Virus record (IMG/VR): IMGVR_UViG_3300032007_000001
Source: a virus
Taxonomy: Duplodnaviria; Caudoviricetes
Length of the DNA stretch: 64,000 bases
Strand: one strand, 5' to 3'
Shown here piece by piece: positions 37,481 through 48,321 of this stretch. The notes under the pieces are model-generated. The model was not told where the DNA came from, did not search any database, and saw only the letters and a program-made list of their open reading frames with translations. Position numbers and translations under genes: made by a program. Positions within the stretch are counted from its first letter, which is position 1, and every line of letters starts with the position of its first letter.

Positions 37481-39976
37481 TCATTGTAAACTAACTTCCA
37501 TTTCTTGTAAGAAAGAATTTCTGTTTTTGATATTTAATGGATATTGTGTATTATAAGAACATGTAAAAGAATTAATATCTTTATCAAAATTTGCATTTAT
37601 AGGAATAACTTTTTCCATTGGAAAACTATTTGTACTTGATTCATGAACAAACAGATTTTCATAATCACTCAATGAATAGAAATACATTGTTCTATCAACA
37701 AACTCATTTTGTTTTGCAATGCTTAATATGTTTGAGAATTTTTCAAGTTGTTCATCATTTAATTGATATAAATATTGACAAATGATTTTCGAATCAAAAA
37801 TATATTGATGCAATCTTTGAGCAGTTGATGTTCTTATTTCATTACAAATAATTTGATTATCTTTCATAACAAAAACAAAATGAACATCTGACGACAATTC
37901 TACAACTCTCATTCTCGCGACATCGTTATATCCAAATGAATTTTCCAAAAGGAAATCATTTGGAGTAAATCTATAAATCAATCCGGTTTGTTTATACAAT
38001 TCGCAAGATGTATATTTACCATAATCATTTTTATTTGATGTTTTCAATGAATTGCTTAACTTAATGAAATAATTTTCATTTAATTGTTCCATTATGTTCA
38101 TTGGTTTTTGATTATATGCTTCGTTTTCTGTTTGTTTATCACCAATTTTATAATTCATATCTATTTTTTCAATAGAATATGCATCCTTTGTCATATTAAC
38201 CGTACAATTTATTGACAATATACAATCTGTTTCCTCATCATTTATTACAGTTGTAGTCGATATTGCAACTTTGAACTGATACATGAAAAATCCTTGCACA
38301 AAATTATCAAAATTCATACTTTCGAATAGCTGTTCTTGAATTAGATAATTTCTGTTAAATGAAATTACAGTTCCATCTTCCAATTCATACGTTTCATTTA
38401 GTTTATTTAGCAGTTTCGTTCTTAAATAATTGAATATTTCCGAAACATGAGAATTGCATGATTCTATTGTCAAATTATTATCTTTTACAGTTATGATTTC
38501 TAGATTTTTTGTTAAATCATAATTAATGAAATTAAATTCCAATTGGCTCAACGAATCAAATCTGAAAAATACGTTGTTTTTTATATTTGTTAATGTTGGT
38601 TCATAAATATCCAATTTGAAAGTAAAAGTATCATAATTGATTCCATCAAAAACTATGACGTTAATTCCTTGACTTGTATATGTTATGAAATAAAAATTAT
38701 ATTGATTGTACGTTACGAAATCGCAAGACTTAAATAATGAATCTATCATACTTAAATCAATTGGGACTATAACATTACTATTTGTTTGTTTGAAATATCT
38801 TAAATCATTTTTATATATTAAAAATCCAGGATATCTAACATTTGATATTGTTTTGTCTTCAAAATCTTCCGTTGCATCCATAAACATGTTCTTAAATCTA
38901 ACAACATTATTATACGTTTTTTCTGTTGACAATGCTAAATCACTATCATTCTCAGGAACTATATTGAATGTTATATATATGTCATTACCACAAACCAACG
39001 ACAAATTAAAATTAGCTACGTCTTGTTTTGTTTCGCCTGTAATAGCATCAACAAGTTTTGTTATAATTCCAACACCAGAAATTTCAAATTTGTTAGGATA
39101 TGCATTTGTTTGCGCAGAAACAAAATTATTTGGAAGAACCAATTTATATTTTTCGGCATAAAATTTATAATTTTTTTCTTTCAATTCAATGCTTAAATAT
39201 TTATTGTTAGACGTATCAAAAATAAGTTCGAATACATCATTGTGATATTGTGTTAAATTCGCTATGATATGTCCAACAATTCCGCCACGGATATTATAAT
39301 TTTTTGTTCTAGTATCTCCAATATAGGCAATTGAATTAATAGAAAAAGAATTTGTATAGATTGGAACTTCTATCGTTTCTTCTTTTTTCAATCCATTGCT
39401 TGTTAAAATAGATACTTTATATAATACATTACTTTCTTTATTCAAAGATATGTCAAATGGCATATCTTTATATATATATCCATAAATCGATTGAGACATT
39501 TCACCAAGATATTCCCAATCTTTATTTACAAATTTTCTATATAATTTCACAGAATGAATATTATATTCCGTTTCAACTTTTAATAAAACATTTAAGTAAT
39601 TGAAATTTTCATGTAATCCTTGCGTTGAAAAATGAACGATTTTAATATCGTTTTTTATGTAATTATTTTGAATTTTTAAGTAAAAACCATTCTTAAATAC
39701 GCTACCATCATTTATAGTAACTTTTACACCATAATGATAGTTACCTTTATTTATAATCTCAAGGTCTCTTACAAAGTATGTATTTGCATCTGTATTATTA
39801 ACAATTACATTTTCGTATGGTTCACCATTTTTGAATATTTCAATGTTTCTTATTGAATCGGTCGTATTAATGTATACCTTAAAAGAAAAATCATAAATGT
39901 ATTCTCTTTTTGAAAAGACATTTCCAATGTTTTCATAATCATTCGATAAAATGAATGTTATATCTTTGTTATTCAA
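37481..39976 (-). CDS. Large beta-rich hypothetical protein (possible virion/baseplate)
   Basis: 831-aa ORF with Ig/FN3-like N-terminal segments. Confidence 0.6.
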   Translation of the reverse strand: MNNKDITFILSNDYENIGNVFSKREYIYDFSFKVYINTTDSIRNIEIFKNGEPYENVIVNNTDANTYFVRDLEIINKGNYHYGVKVTINDGSVFKNGFYLKIQNNYIKNDIKIVHFSTQGLHENFNYLNVLLKVETEYNIHSVKLYRKFVNKDWEYLGEMSQSIYGYIYKDMPFDISLNKESNVLYKVSILTSNGLKKEETIEVPIYTNSFSINSIAYIGDTRTKNYNIRGGIVGHIIANLTQYHNDVFELIFDTSNNKYLSIELKEKNYKFYAEKYKLVLPNNFVSAQTNAYPNKFEISGVGIITKLVDAITGETKQDVANFNLSLVCGNDIYITFNIVPENDSDLALSTEKTYNNVVRFKNMFMDATEDFEDKTISNVRYPGFLIYKNDLRYFKQTNSNVIVPIDLSMIDSLFKSCDFVTYNQYNFYFITYTSQGINVIVFDGINYDTFTFKLDIYEPTLTNIKNNVFFRFDSLSQLEFNFINYDLTKNLEIITVKDNNLTIESCNSHVSEIFNYLRTKLLNKLNETYELEDGTVISFNRNYLIQEQLFESMNFDNFVQGFFMYQFKVAISTTTVINDEETDCILSINCTVNMTKDAYSIEKIDMNYKIGDKQTENEAYNQKPMNIMEQLNENYFIKLSNSLKTSNKNDYGKYTSCELYKQTGLIYRFTPNDFLLENSFGYNDVARMRVVELSSDVHFVFVMKDNQIICNEIRTSTAQRLHQYIFDSKIICQYLYQLNDEQLEKFSNILSIAKQNEFVDRTMYFYSLSDYENLFVHESSTNSFPMEKVIPINANFDKDINSFTCSYNTQYPLNIKNRNSFLQEMEVSLQ

Positions 39977-39981
39977 TCATA

Positions 39982-40284
39982 TCACCTTGCCAAAAAGAGT
40001 TTATTTTCTTTTAATCCTCTTGGAATTATATTACGCAATTCTTCTACCAATTTATTTGCTTTTTCATAAGTTTGAAAATGCATTATATTATTCTTTGATT
40101 TTTCATCACTTTCAAATTCATAAATAAGCCAATCTTTATAGTCTTTTTCTAAAAAATTTAGGATATTGGAAATTGCTTTATTTGTAACATATTCCGTTTC
40201 TATTCCATCTATTATTCTATAAAGAACAACGTAATATCCAAAACAATCTTTTTTTATTTTAGCATCTAATGTCATATCTTTCAC
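39982..40284 (-). CDS. Hypothetical protein
   Basis: 100-aa ORF. Confidence 0.6.
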   Translation of the reverse strand: MKDMTLDAKIKKDCFGYYVVLYRIIDGIETEYVTNKAISNILNFLEKDYKDWLIYEFESDEKSKNNIMHFQTYEKANKLVEELRNIIPRGLKENKLFLAR

Positions 40285-40319
40285 CTAATTAAAAAATAGG
40301 TAGTGTAGGCACTACCTAT

Positions 40320-40568
40320 TTATACCATTTGCGCCAACATCCAAGCGTAAACAAACTTATCCGTCAATAAATTGGGTTGTTTTGCCACTAATGACCAATT
40401 GCTTCCTATTTTTCTGTTTTTATAGCATGTGAAAGTTGGACCGGTGTACATAACGCTAATGCGAATGTCACCCTTATTAAAATATAGTCCAAGGTCATCA
40501 CTTGAAAAAACCCAACCTAATTTTTTGAAATGATTTATAATTTCATGACCAAATTTCAATTTTGCCAT
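40320..40568 (-). CDS. Hypothetical protein
   Basis: 82-aa ORF with RBS. Confidence 0.6.
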   Translation of the reverse strand: MAKLKFGHEIINHFKKLGWVFSSDDLGLYFNKGDIRISVMYTGPTFTCYKNRKIGSNWSLVAKQPNLLTDKFVYAWMLAQMV

Positions 40569-40571
40569 AAT

Positions 40572-41102
40572 TTATTCCTTTCCTTTGTAAACGTCTAATA
40601 AATCCTTGTTGTTGGTGAACATTTTTGAAAAATTCATCATTAATTTTTTAGGGAAAATTTTATCGCTATGTTTTCTTAATTCTGCTAATGACTTGTCATG
40701 CGTCAATCCTTTTATTCTATTCGTATCATATATGTCACAAATACGAACTATCATTGGAAACAAATGCATATTTTCATCTGTCATTTTTAATGGGCCAGAA
40801 CCATCTATATTTTCAGAACATTGCATAATGAAATCTGCTATTTTATGATATTCTTCGTGAGAACGTACAATAGCTGCAGAAACAAGAGAACATTCTTCTA
40901 TATTCGTTTTATATTTTCCAATATCATGAAATAATGCTACAAAATATAGCCTATTCATTAAATTATTTGAAACTTCCAAATGTTTTCCCAATGCCATAGA
41001 AAGCATTGCTACTCTTTCGCAATGGTCAATTAATTGTGGTTCTTCTTTGGTTATTTCATCTAATAAGTTTTTCATTGGTTGTATATTCAAAAGAATCACC
41101 AT
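40572..41102 (-). CDS. Degenerate HD-GYP domain protein
   Basis: HCERVA, FHDIGK, ENIDGSGP, ICDIYD; HHE and GYP motifs altered. Confidence 0.7.
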   Translation of the reverse strand: MVILLNIQPMKNLLDEITKEEPQLIDHCERVAMLSMALGKHLEVSNNLMNRLYFVALFHDIGKYKTNIEECSLVSAAIVRSHEEYHKIADFIMQCSENIDGSGPLKMTDENMHLFPMIVRICDIYDTNRIKGLTHDKSLAELRKHSDKIFPKKLMMNFSKMFTNNKDLLDVYKGKE

Positions 41103-41205
41103 ATTATATAAATTTGATTTCTAATATAAAATATGAAAACATTACACATTAAAAACAGTTTTCTAAAAATTTTTTACAATAACTTAGAAAATCGAGGAGA
41201 AAAAT

Positions 41206-41889
41206 ATGCCAAAGATAATTTTAGACAAGGACTATGACGGTTATGCAAAAGATTTAGCTGATATACAAAGACTCACTGATATATGCAGAAAAAAATTAGA
41301 AGAATATCAAAAGTCCATAAAAATCAATATCAATCGGTTGACAATATATGTAAGAAATCAATTCAAAAGTGATTATTTAATAGAAAAACATGTAATGTTA
41401 TTCAGAAGAGACGATAAAATAGAAATAAGAACAGCCGAAGAAGTCGAATTGGCAAAGAAAAAATATGATGAATATAAAGATGCAGAAGACGATTCATGGC
41501 TTTTAAAAGAATTAGAAATGGTAAATAGTGAATTCGATATCATACCATTAGTTATGATGAACGATGGAGATGATTTTGAAGAATTTTATAATACATATGA
41601 TAAAATAAAGCAATATCTTCCTGAAACAAAAGACGTTTATGAAGTAACTAAAGACCAAAAAGAAAAATTAAAAGAATTGATAAAATCTTGTGATAGTCCG
41701 CAATATCATTTTTTAATAGAAAAAATGGAAGCATTACAAGAATCTTATATGGATATTGTTGATGAAGTTTTAGATAATCTAAATGAGAGTGAGTACGATT
41801 TTGATATATCAACAGATGAATTGAGCACAGTTAGAAACGAAAAGGATTTAACTTGGAGACTTGTCATAGAAAAGAACAAAGAAAAATGA
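41206..41889 (+). CDS. Hypothetical acidic protein
   Basis: 227 aa, GAGGAG RBS. Confidence 0.7.
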   Translation: MPKIILDKDYDGYAKDLADIQRLTDICRKKLEEYQKSIKININRLTIYVRNQFKSDYLIEKHVMLFRRDDKIEIRTAEEVELAKKKYDEYKDAEDDSWLLKELEMVNSEFDIIPLVMMNDGDDFEEFYNTYDKIKQYLPETKDVYEVTKDQKEKLKELIKSCDSPQYHFLIEKMEALQESYMDIVDEVLDNLNESEYDFDISTDELSTVRNEKDLTWRLVIEKNKEK

Positions 41890-41906
41890 GCTGTAAACAA
41901 AACAGC

Positions 41907-42272
41907 TCATTTTTTATATGTTTTTATTAAATTTTCAGTTTCTTGTCTAGAAAGTAATCTTAAATATTTTTGATTTATATTTTTCATTACTACGAGTTGC
42001 CATCTTTTTTCTAATGGTTCTTCAGATGTTCCAAATGGCCAACCAGCATCTTCCCAACTTAATTCAGATAAATCAACAGCAAATGTTGAAAAATCTTTTT
42101 CTAAAGTAAACGGTAAAGTGCTTACATATATCCTATCTTCAGATGATGTTTGAAATGTTGGTATACTGAATATTTTTAATCCTTCTTTTGAAATTTTATC
42201 TACCAACCCATTAAGTGTAGAATGGTACCAAATGTAAGACTTTGTCTTGTGATTCCAAATTCCTTTTTTCAA
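41907..42272 (-). CDS. ADP-ribosyltransferase-fold (Tpt1/KptA-like) protein
   Basis: WYHST...ISKEGLK...RIYVS pattern. Confidence 0.5.
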   Translation of the reverse strand: MKKGIWNHKTKSYIWYHSTLNGLVDKISKEGLKIFSIPTFQTSSEDRIYVSTLPFTLEKDFSTFAVDLSELSWEDAGWPFGTSEEPLEKRWQLVVMKNINQKYLRLLSRQETENLIKTYKK

Positions 42273-42528
42273 CGCAATTTCCTTCTTTACGTTGATTTCT
42301 TATGTTTTCAACGAATTCTCTAATATGTTGTGGGAGAAAAACATCGAAATCATAATTATCAACCATTTGATGAGATAATTTTTCAAGGAAATCGTCTCCA
42401 ACTTTTACATTATAAATATCGGCAATGTCCAACAATTCATCATCGCTGATGTGTTTTTCCAAATATTCGAAAAATTGGTTTTCCCATGAAAAGTTACTTT
42501 TAACTAATTTAGAAAAATTCTTCTTCAT
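42211..42528 (-). CDS. Hypothetical acidic protein
   Basis: AAGGAG RBS before MKKNFSKLVKSNF. Confidence 0.6.
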   Translation of the reverse strand: MKKNFSKLVKSNFSWENQFFEYLEKHISDDELLDIADIYNVKVGDDFLEKLSHQMVDNYDFDVFLPQHIREFVENIRNQRKEGNCVEKRNLESQDKVLHLVPFYT

Positions 42529-44197
42529 TGTTTTTCTCCTTATCCATAGCTTTGATTCCATTCATAAATTTATTCAAATCGAAATTATCATAAGAAATAA
42601 GGCGTTGTGCAAAATAAGGGAGATATCTCTTAAAATTATTCCAAATACGAATGAATCCTTTGTCAAGAACATATGTAACAGACCAATCATCTTCCGAACG
42701 AGTGCTCCTACCGCAGGCCTGAACAAATTCTCTAAGCATTTTAATAGCGTAGAAAGTAAAATTTGTTTTGGAAATGTACTGAATACGCGGGTCAGAAAGG
42801 CTTGCATAAGGAAGTTTCATAATGATTTGAAACCGAGACAAGTCCTCCTTTAAATCAACGCCGCTCATCATAGAAGGAGAAACCAAAATAGAAGCAACTT
42901 TTGCTTTTTCATGTACTTTAACAAGATATTCATTACTAGCATTATTTTGTTTGTAAATAAAACGTTTTGAAGGAATACGATTTACAAGGAAATTCATTAC
43001 TTTATAATTTCCAGTGTGAATGATTCCTTTTGAATTTTTATGAGTAGCAATAATATCTTTTACAATATTTTTTGCTTTATCAACGGTTTTATCATATTCT
43101 CCCATTTTGAAAGAAAGAATGGGATTGAGCACAACTGGCGAACGATGTGGGTCGAAAGTACTTTGTTCTGAAATGTACATCGTTTTATCTGGGTCAATAC
43201 CAAGTTCTTGGCAGAAGTTATTTTTGCCAAAAATCGTAGCAGACATAAAAAGTACTTTTTTAATTGCTTTTCTATCAATGAATTCCTTAAACATTGTTTT
43301 AGAAGCAATAGGAAGACAAAGAATGGAAGTACCTTCACATTTAGTAATCCAATTACCAGAATCGTATGTTTCTACATAATTAAAAATGCGACGAGTATAC
43401 TCTTCCATTTCTTCTTTTTCTTTATATTTTTCAAACAATTCTTTTTTAAGTTCTTTATCTTCTGTACCAATCAGATTGGAAATACGTATTTTGTTTTCCT
43501 GAATGCGTTTTTCCAACATTTCATTGATAGTACGAAGTATTTCAATGTTTTTTTCATCATCATTGGAAAAAGTTTTATGAAAATAGCATTCTTCTCTAAA
43601 AGACAAGTTAGCTTCTGCAAAGAATTTCTTTTCAATATCTTCCAAGTCAACATCTACTTTTGCCAAATCAACGAGAGTGTCATCAAGAAGATGACATTCA
43701 TCAATAACAATAATATCTCTCGGCACAAGCGTATCTTTCGTTTTTTTATGAGAAGCAAATGAAAGGAACAATGCATAAGAACTAATGAACATTTCCGAAC
43801 GCATTGCTTGGTCAAAAGCATTTGAATATGGGCAACGATTGAATTTATTGCAAGTTGCTTTCGTTCCAGCTGTTTCAAGGCATTTACCATGAGCACAAGA
43901 CATCTTGGGGTCAAGAGCACAAGCATAATTGCCTTTTCCTTTCAAAAGAGAAACATCAAAATTTTTGAATTCATTTTCATATTGTTCTTGAAGCATTTTT
44001 GTGGAAGTTAAAACGTAGCTATTGCCAAAATAACCGGAAAGAGTTTTGGCAATAGCAGATTTGCCAATACCAGTACCAGCTTCAAGCACAATGTAACGAA
44101 TATTATTGTTGTCAACACATTCTTCAATTTTATTCAAAATTTTATCTTGAACCGGACGGATTTCTTTATGAGGAAAAAATCGTGTAAGTTTATTCAT
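42509..44197 (-). CDS. DinG/XPD-family SF2 helicase
   Basis: EAGTGIGKS, Fe-S cysteines, DECH, MSAT, QACGRSTR; start moved to MNKLTRFF because the track start overlaps the promoter. Confidence 0.85.
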   Translation of the reverse strand: MNKLTRFFPHKEIRPVQDKILNKIEECVDNNNIRYIVLEAGTGIGKSAIAKTLSGYFGNSYVLTSTKMLQEQYENEFKNFDVSLLKGKGNYACALDPKMSCAHGKCLETAGTKATCNKFNRCPYSNAFDQAMRSEMFISSYALFLSFASHKKTKDTLVPRDIIVIDECHLLDDTLVDLAKVDVDLEDIEKKFFAEANLSFREECYFHKTFSNDDEKNIEILRTINEMLEKRIQENKIRISNLIGTEDKELKKELFEKYKEKEEMEEYTRRIFNYVETYDSGNWITKCEGTSILCLPIASKTMFKEFIDRKAIKKVLFMSATIFGKNNFCQELGIDPDKTMYISEQSTFDPHRSPVVLNPILSFKMGEYDKTVDKAKNIVKDIIATHKNSKGIIHTGNYKVMNFLVNRIPSKRFIYKQNNASNEYLVKVHEKAKVASILVSPSMMSGVDLKEDLSRFQIIMKLPYASLSDPRIQYISKTNFTFYAIKMLREFVQACGRSTRSEDDWSVTYVLDKGFIRIWNNFKRYLPYFAQRLISYDNFDLNKFMNGIKAMDKEKNNEEEFF

Positions 44198-44227
44198 GAT
44201 ATTCTCTCCTTTTCCGATCTTTTCCAT

Positions 44228-44256
44228 ATTATACCACAAGTTGATATAATTGTAAA
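44228..44256 (-). promoter_or_regulatory. Sigma70-like early promoter
   Basis: TTTACA-17-TATAAT with TG. Confidence 0.75.
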
Positions 44257-44293
44257 TAGAAAAGAGAACGTTTTTTCGTTCTCTTTTAAGTAA

Positions 44294-45076
44294 TCAATAA
44301 CCATAGAATTGCCTTTGAATATTCTCAACATTTTTTGTAATATATATATCTTTAATTTCTGTTTTGTCCATTGTGAGAATACAAAGATTCATAAAAGCAA
44401 AGAACACACCAGCAAATGCATGATAAAGTTTTCCCATATCTATCTTATCATTTGGTTTCTTCCAATGTTTCCAAGAAATTTGTTGTCTTACTAGAGCACA
44501 CATATCGGATAAACTACATACTGCTTTTAAGATAGATAAATCATAATTGTTATCTAATTTAAGAAAATTTTTAATACCATAGTGTTGGAATTCGTACGAA
44601 ATGTCCAACAAATCTCCTTTGTCTGTTATTTCAAAACGTTTGCGATAAGCTTGCTCTATTTCTTTCGCAGACGCATTACCACAAATGAACATATCCATAA
44701 CAAAATGAAGAATGTCAATAACTTCTTTTTTAAGTTCTTCTTTATTATTTACTTTTGGTTCTGCATAAATATTTAAGTATTCTCTAATTTCTCTTATTTC
44801 ATCTTCTATGCATACAAGATATCTATCAATCCAATGGTCCATTTCTTCTTTATTGATATTGTTTATATCGTGAAAACGAGATTCAAATTTTTGTTGCATT
44901 GAAAAAATAAGTTCCCATGCAGGAAGAGATGTATTGAAATGATTTGATGTTAAAATTTCATTGACTTTTCTTGGGTCGCTGGCATCTTTATAAGCAAAGA
45001 ATTTTGGACACGGACATTTGATATCTTCACATTTCTTTTCAAGATACGGACAATCTTTTTTGTTGAAATCACTCAT
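44294..45076 (-). CDS. Dimeric (all-alpha) dUTPase
   Basis: EDEIRE, KEVIDILHF, WKHWKK, YITKNVENIQRQ motifs. Confidence 0.8.
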   Translation of the reverse strand: MSDFNKKDCPYLEKKCEDIKCPCPKFFAYKDASDPRKVNEILTSNHFNTSLPAWELIFSMQQKFESRFHDINNINKEEMDHWIDRYLVCIEDEIREIREYLNIYAEPKVNNKEELKKEVIDILHFVMDMFICGNASAKEIEQAYRKRFEITDKGDLLDISYEFQHYGIKNFLKLDNNYDLSILKAVCSLSDMCALVRQQISWKHWKKPNDKIDMGKLYHAFAGVFFAFMNLCILTMDKTEIKDIYITKNVENIQRQFYGY

Positions 45077-45174
45077 TGTTTTTCTTCCTTTCCAATGTTT
45101 TAAGCAACAAGTTATTTTATTATTTTTTTGATTAACTATATCTTATACAAAATTTTTGTTTAAAATAAATTTGG

Positions 45175-45612
45175 GTGATATTTATGGTAATACCAAATGA
45201 AATAATGGATAAAGCAATTAGAACATTAGATAGAATGTTTGATTATATTAACAATCAAGATGTTTCTTTCCTTGTATATATGAATAAAGATTTTCCATTA
45301 AGTAAGGTTTTTGTTAAAGGAATCAATGAATTGAAAAATTATAAAATTCCATTTCATTTTCGTTGTGTAGATGATATAAAGGGTTATACAAAAGATTCTA
45401 AAATGATTGTATTTACGATACTTATAAATGATTTTGGAATTAATGATGTTATATATAAACACAATGATATTTCAAATTTATATGAAACGAAATATAAAAA
45501 AGAAATTTTTCAAATTTTTGTAAATTGCCAATATACTAATTATAGATTAATGATGCAAATGTTTGAAGACGCTATTCATAGAGTTATTGAAAAAAGATTT
45601 ATCAAGCTATAA
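45175..45612 (+). CDS. Hypothetical protein
   Basis: 145-aa ORF. Confidence 0.65.
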   Translation: MIFMVIPNEIMDKAIRTLDRMFDYINNQDVSFLVYMNKDFPLSKVFVKGINELKNYKIPFHFRCVDDIKGYTKDSKMIVFTILINDFGINDVIYKHNDISNLYETKYKKEIFQIFVNCQYTNYRLMMQMFEDAIHRVIEKRFIKL

Positions 45613-45673
45613 ACTTTTTTGCATATTAAAATTATTTATTTTAAGAGAACAATGACGCAATGGAGTGATATAG

Positions 45674-47686
45674 ATGAAATATCTTGACTTGGAACATCTA
45701 ACAATGAAATTAGATGGCCAAGCTGTAGCGTTGTCAAACTATAAAATTTTTGTTAATGGAAAAATAAATAATTTAGATTCTTTTAAGTCAAGTAATGAAT
45801 CAAATTTAAATAAATTAAATTCTATTATTACAAATGGTATTTCTATTTCTGATTTTGAAAGTGAATTAAGAACAAACCTTGAATCAGCTATAAACGTTGA
45901 AACAGATTTGACTGAATTGGTTAATAGAGATACATACCTTGACAACATAAAGGCAAATAAAAGTAATGTATATACAAAAACAGAGTCAGACAATAAATTA
46001 TCTGATTTTTACACAAAAACAGAAATTGATGAAAAAGTTGATTCTGTAAGAGAAAATATTAATGACAACAATTTATTAGGTGAATTACAGGCAACATTTG
46101 ATGCATATAGAAGAGATGCTGAATTGGCAATCAATTCATTACAACAACAAATTAATGAATTAAAAGCATTGAACGTAGCAGAAGGTTTTAATATTGAAAG
46201 TATTGAAATTATAGAAGATATGTCAGTTGAAATTGGAACCGATGCATTAGAAAATTTACCTGAAACAATTAATGTTACTTTAGCAAATGGTAATGTTGTA
46301 AGTGTTCCAATTACATGGAAAACAAATACTTATGATAAAGATACTGAAGGAACATATGTTGTTGAAGGTATATTAAATTTACCAGCAAATATATCAAACT
46401 CAAATAATTTATATCCTGTATTTAATGTAATTGTTAATGATTCATCTCTTAAAATTGTTAGTGTAGATGATATAGAAGATGTTTACGTTGAATATATGGC
46501 ATCGGTTTCTGAAATTTTAGCAAAACTTCCCAATGTTGTTAACGTTACATTGAGTGATAATTCAACTGCACAAGCAACAATCAATTGGGATGCAAGATAT
46601 TATTCAGAAACTTCAATTAATGACCAAACAATTACAGGTTCATTAAATATTGAAAACGTTAAAAATCCGAATAAATTAAAGGCTCAAGTTGTTGTTAAAA
46701 CGATTATTCATGATATTTCAACTTCAACGTTAGCTGAACAAACATATGAAAGAGATTATAGTATAAATTTTGTTTTACCAGAAACAGTTAACGTTACATT
46801 GGATAACGATTCTGTAATATCACTTCCAGTTAATTGGAATACAACGGAATCAATTGATACAAAAACAATTGGGGAAGTAAGTGTTACTGGTGAATTTACA
46901 GATTTGCCAGTAAATGTTAAAAATACTAATAATATAAATACTTCCTGCACAATTAATTTGATTGAAAATCAAAACAATATATCATCTGTTATAAATGCTG
47001 ACGGCGTTACGATTCCATTAAATATAACATTTGAAAATGTTAAATTAGACAAACAAGCAACTGTTACTTTAGTAAGTGGTGAAGTTAAAAAATGTGATAT
47101 CGTATGGGATGGAACTGGATATGATAGAACAACACCAGGGTCCTATACAGTATATGGTGATTTAGTATTAGGAAACTTAAAGAATTTCAATAACTTAAGA
47201 ATTTCTAGTGTTATTGTTATAAGTGAAGACGCAACAGATAATTATGAATGGAGTTATAAATTTATAGTTCCAAATGGTGCATCTCAAATAGAAAATTTTG
47301 CACAAAAACTTGGAGTAACAATTACAGAAGATGAATTCTATGGTCCATGGAGTAATGAATTAGATGACTATGATTATGCTGGACGTAAAATAGAACTTCG
47401 TTATCTTGGTTCAACGCTTCAAGATGTTGATGATTTATCTACTGATATTGATAAAACACAAATTAAGAAAACTGGTATAATAGATGCATATGGAAATGAA
47501 GGATTATTGATTCCATATATGTCACAAGAAGAATCAATGAAAGACGAATTTGACAATAACGTTGTTAATGCTGGAGAACCAAACAGTAATAGAGCCGTCG
47601 ATTATTATGACGACAGCGATATTTTATTATTTGAAAGCAAAGCATTGTCAAATCAAATTTATTTAATTAGAAAAATTGGCGAGTGA
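45674..47686 (+). CDS. Virion protein with four Big_4-type Ig-like domains
   Basis: Repeated LPETxNVTLxxG..PIxW...G.Y.V.G; YTKTExD fibre repeats; C-terminal domain shared with 16760..17461. Confidence 0.75.
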   Translation: MKYLDLEHLTMKLDGQAVALSNYKIFVNGKINNLDSFKSSNESNLNKLNSIITNGISISDFESELRTNLESAINVETDLTELVNRDTYLDNIKANKSNVYTKTESDNKLSDFYTKTEIDEKVDSVRENINDNNLLGELQATFDAYRRDAELAINSLQQQINELKALNVAEGFNIESIEIIEDMSVEIGTDALENLPETINVTLANGNVVSVPITWKTNTYDKDTEGTYVVEGILNLPANISNSNNLYPVFNVIVNDSSLKIVSVDDIEDVYVEYMASVSEILAKLPNVVNVTLSDNSTAQATINWDARYYSETSINDQTITGSLNIENVKNPNKLKAQVVVKTIIHDISTSTLAEQTYERDYSINFVLPETVNVTLDNDSVISLPVNWNTTESIDTKTIGEVSVTGEFTDLPVNVKNTNNINTSCTINLIENQNNISSVINADGVTIPLNITFENVKLDKQATVTLVSGEVKKCDIVWDGTGYDRTTPGSYTVYGDLVLGNLKNFNNLRISSVIVISEDATDNYEWSYKFIVPNGASQIENFAQKLGVTITEDEFYGPWSNELDDYDYAGRKIELRYLGSTLQDVDDLSTDIDKTQIKKTGIIDAYGNEGLLIPYMSQEESMKDEFDNNVVNAGEPNSNRAVDYYDDSDILLFESKALSNQIYLIRKIGE

Positions 47687-47700
47687 GAGGTGAGTAACAT

Positions 47701-48321
47701 ATGCCAACATTTGATACAGACACAATGAATGAAATACAAGACAAAGTATTAACTAATAATGTTACTGACAACCCATTAATGCCATATAGTAAAGTTGCCA
47801 GAAAAAATAAGCAGCTAAATACAAACAATAAAGCAGTTGTATCAGCTGTTAACGAATTGTTTTCAAAAAGTACTCAGGTTGAAAAATATACAACTGATTC
47901 TGTAATAGCTCAAAATAAAATTATTGGTGACGCTATAAATGACCCAGATATGTTAAATAAATTAAAAAGCGTTGCACCAACAATTATTGATGCACTAGTA
48001 GATACAAAAAATAAAATAGATGATTTACTCAATTTCATATTGGATGATTATGAAGATGTATTTACTGTAACAACCAAGGTTTCAAATTTTCCATTGACTC
48101 ATACTCCAATTGGAAAAATTAAAATGTTTATAAATGGAATGCGTCAATTTAGAACGACGTTTGAATATGATAAAGATACCAATTCTATTAATTGGTTATT
48201 TGTTCCTGATAAAGGCGGATTTGATATAGAAGATTCGGAAGTTGTATTCGAATATGATTACAATAGAGAATTGGAACAGGAACAAGAACAAGAAGAGGAA
48301 GAGGTAGAAAACAATGGCTGA
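47701..48321 (+). CDS. Putative fibre-associated structural protein
   Basis: LNTNNKAVVSAVNEL; C-terminal KMFING domain shared with 51237..53186. Confidence 0.6.
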   Translation: MPTFDTDTMNEIQDKVLTNNVTDNPLMPYSKVARKNKQLNTNNKAVVSAVNELFSKSTQVEKYTTDSVIAQNKIIGDAINDPDMLNKLKSVAPTIIDALVDTKNKIDDLLNFILDDYEDVFTVTTKVSNFPLTHTPIGKIKMFINGMRQFRTTFEYDKDTNSINWLFVPDKGGFDIEDSEVVFEYDYNRELEQEQEQEEEEVENNG

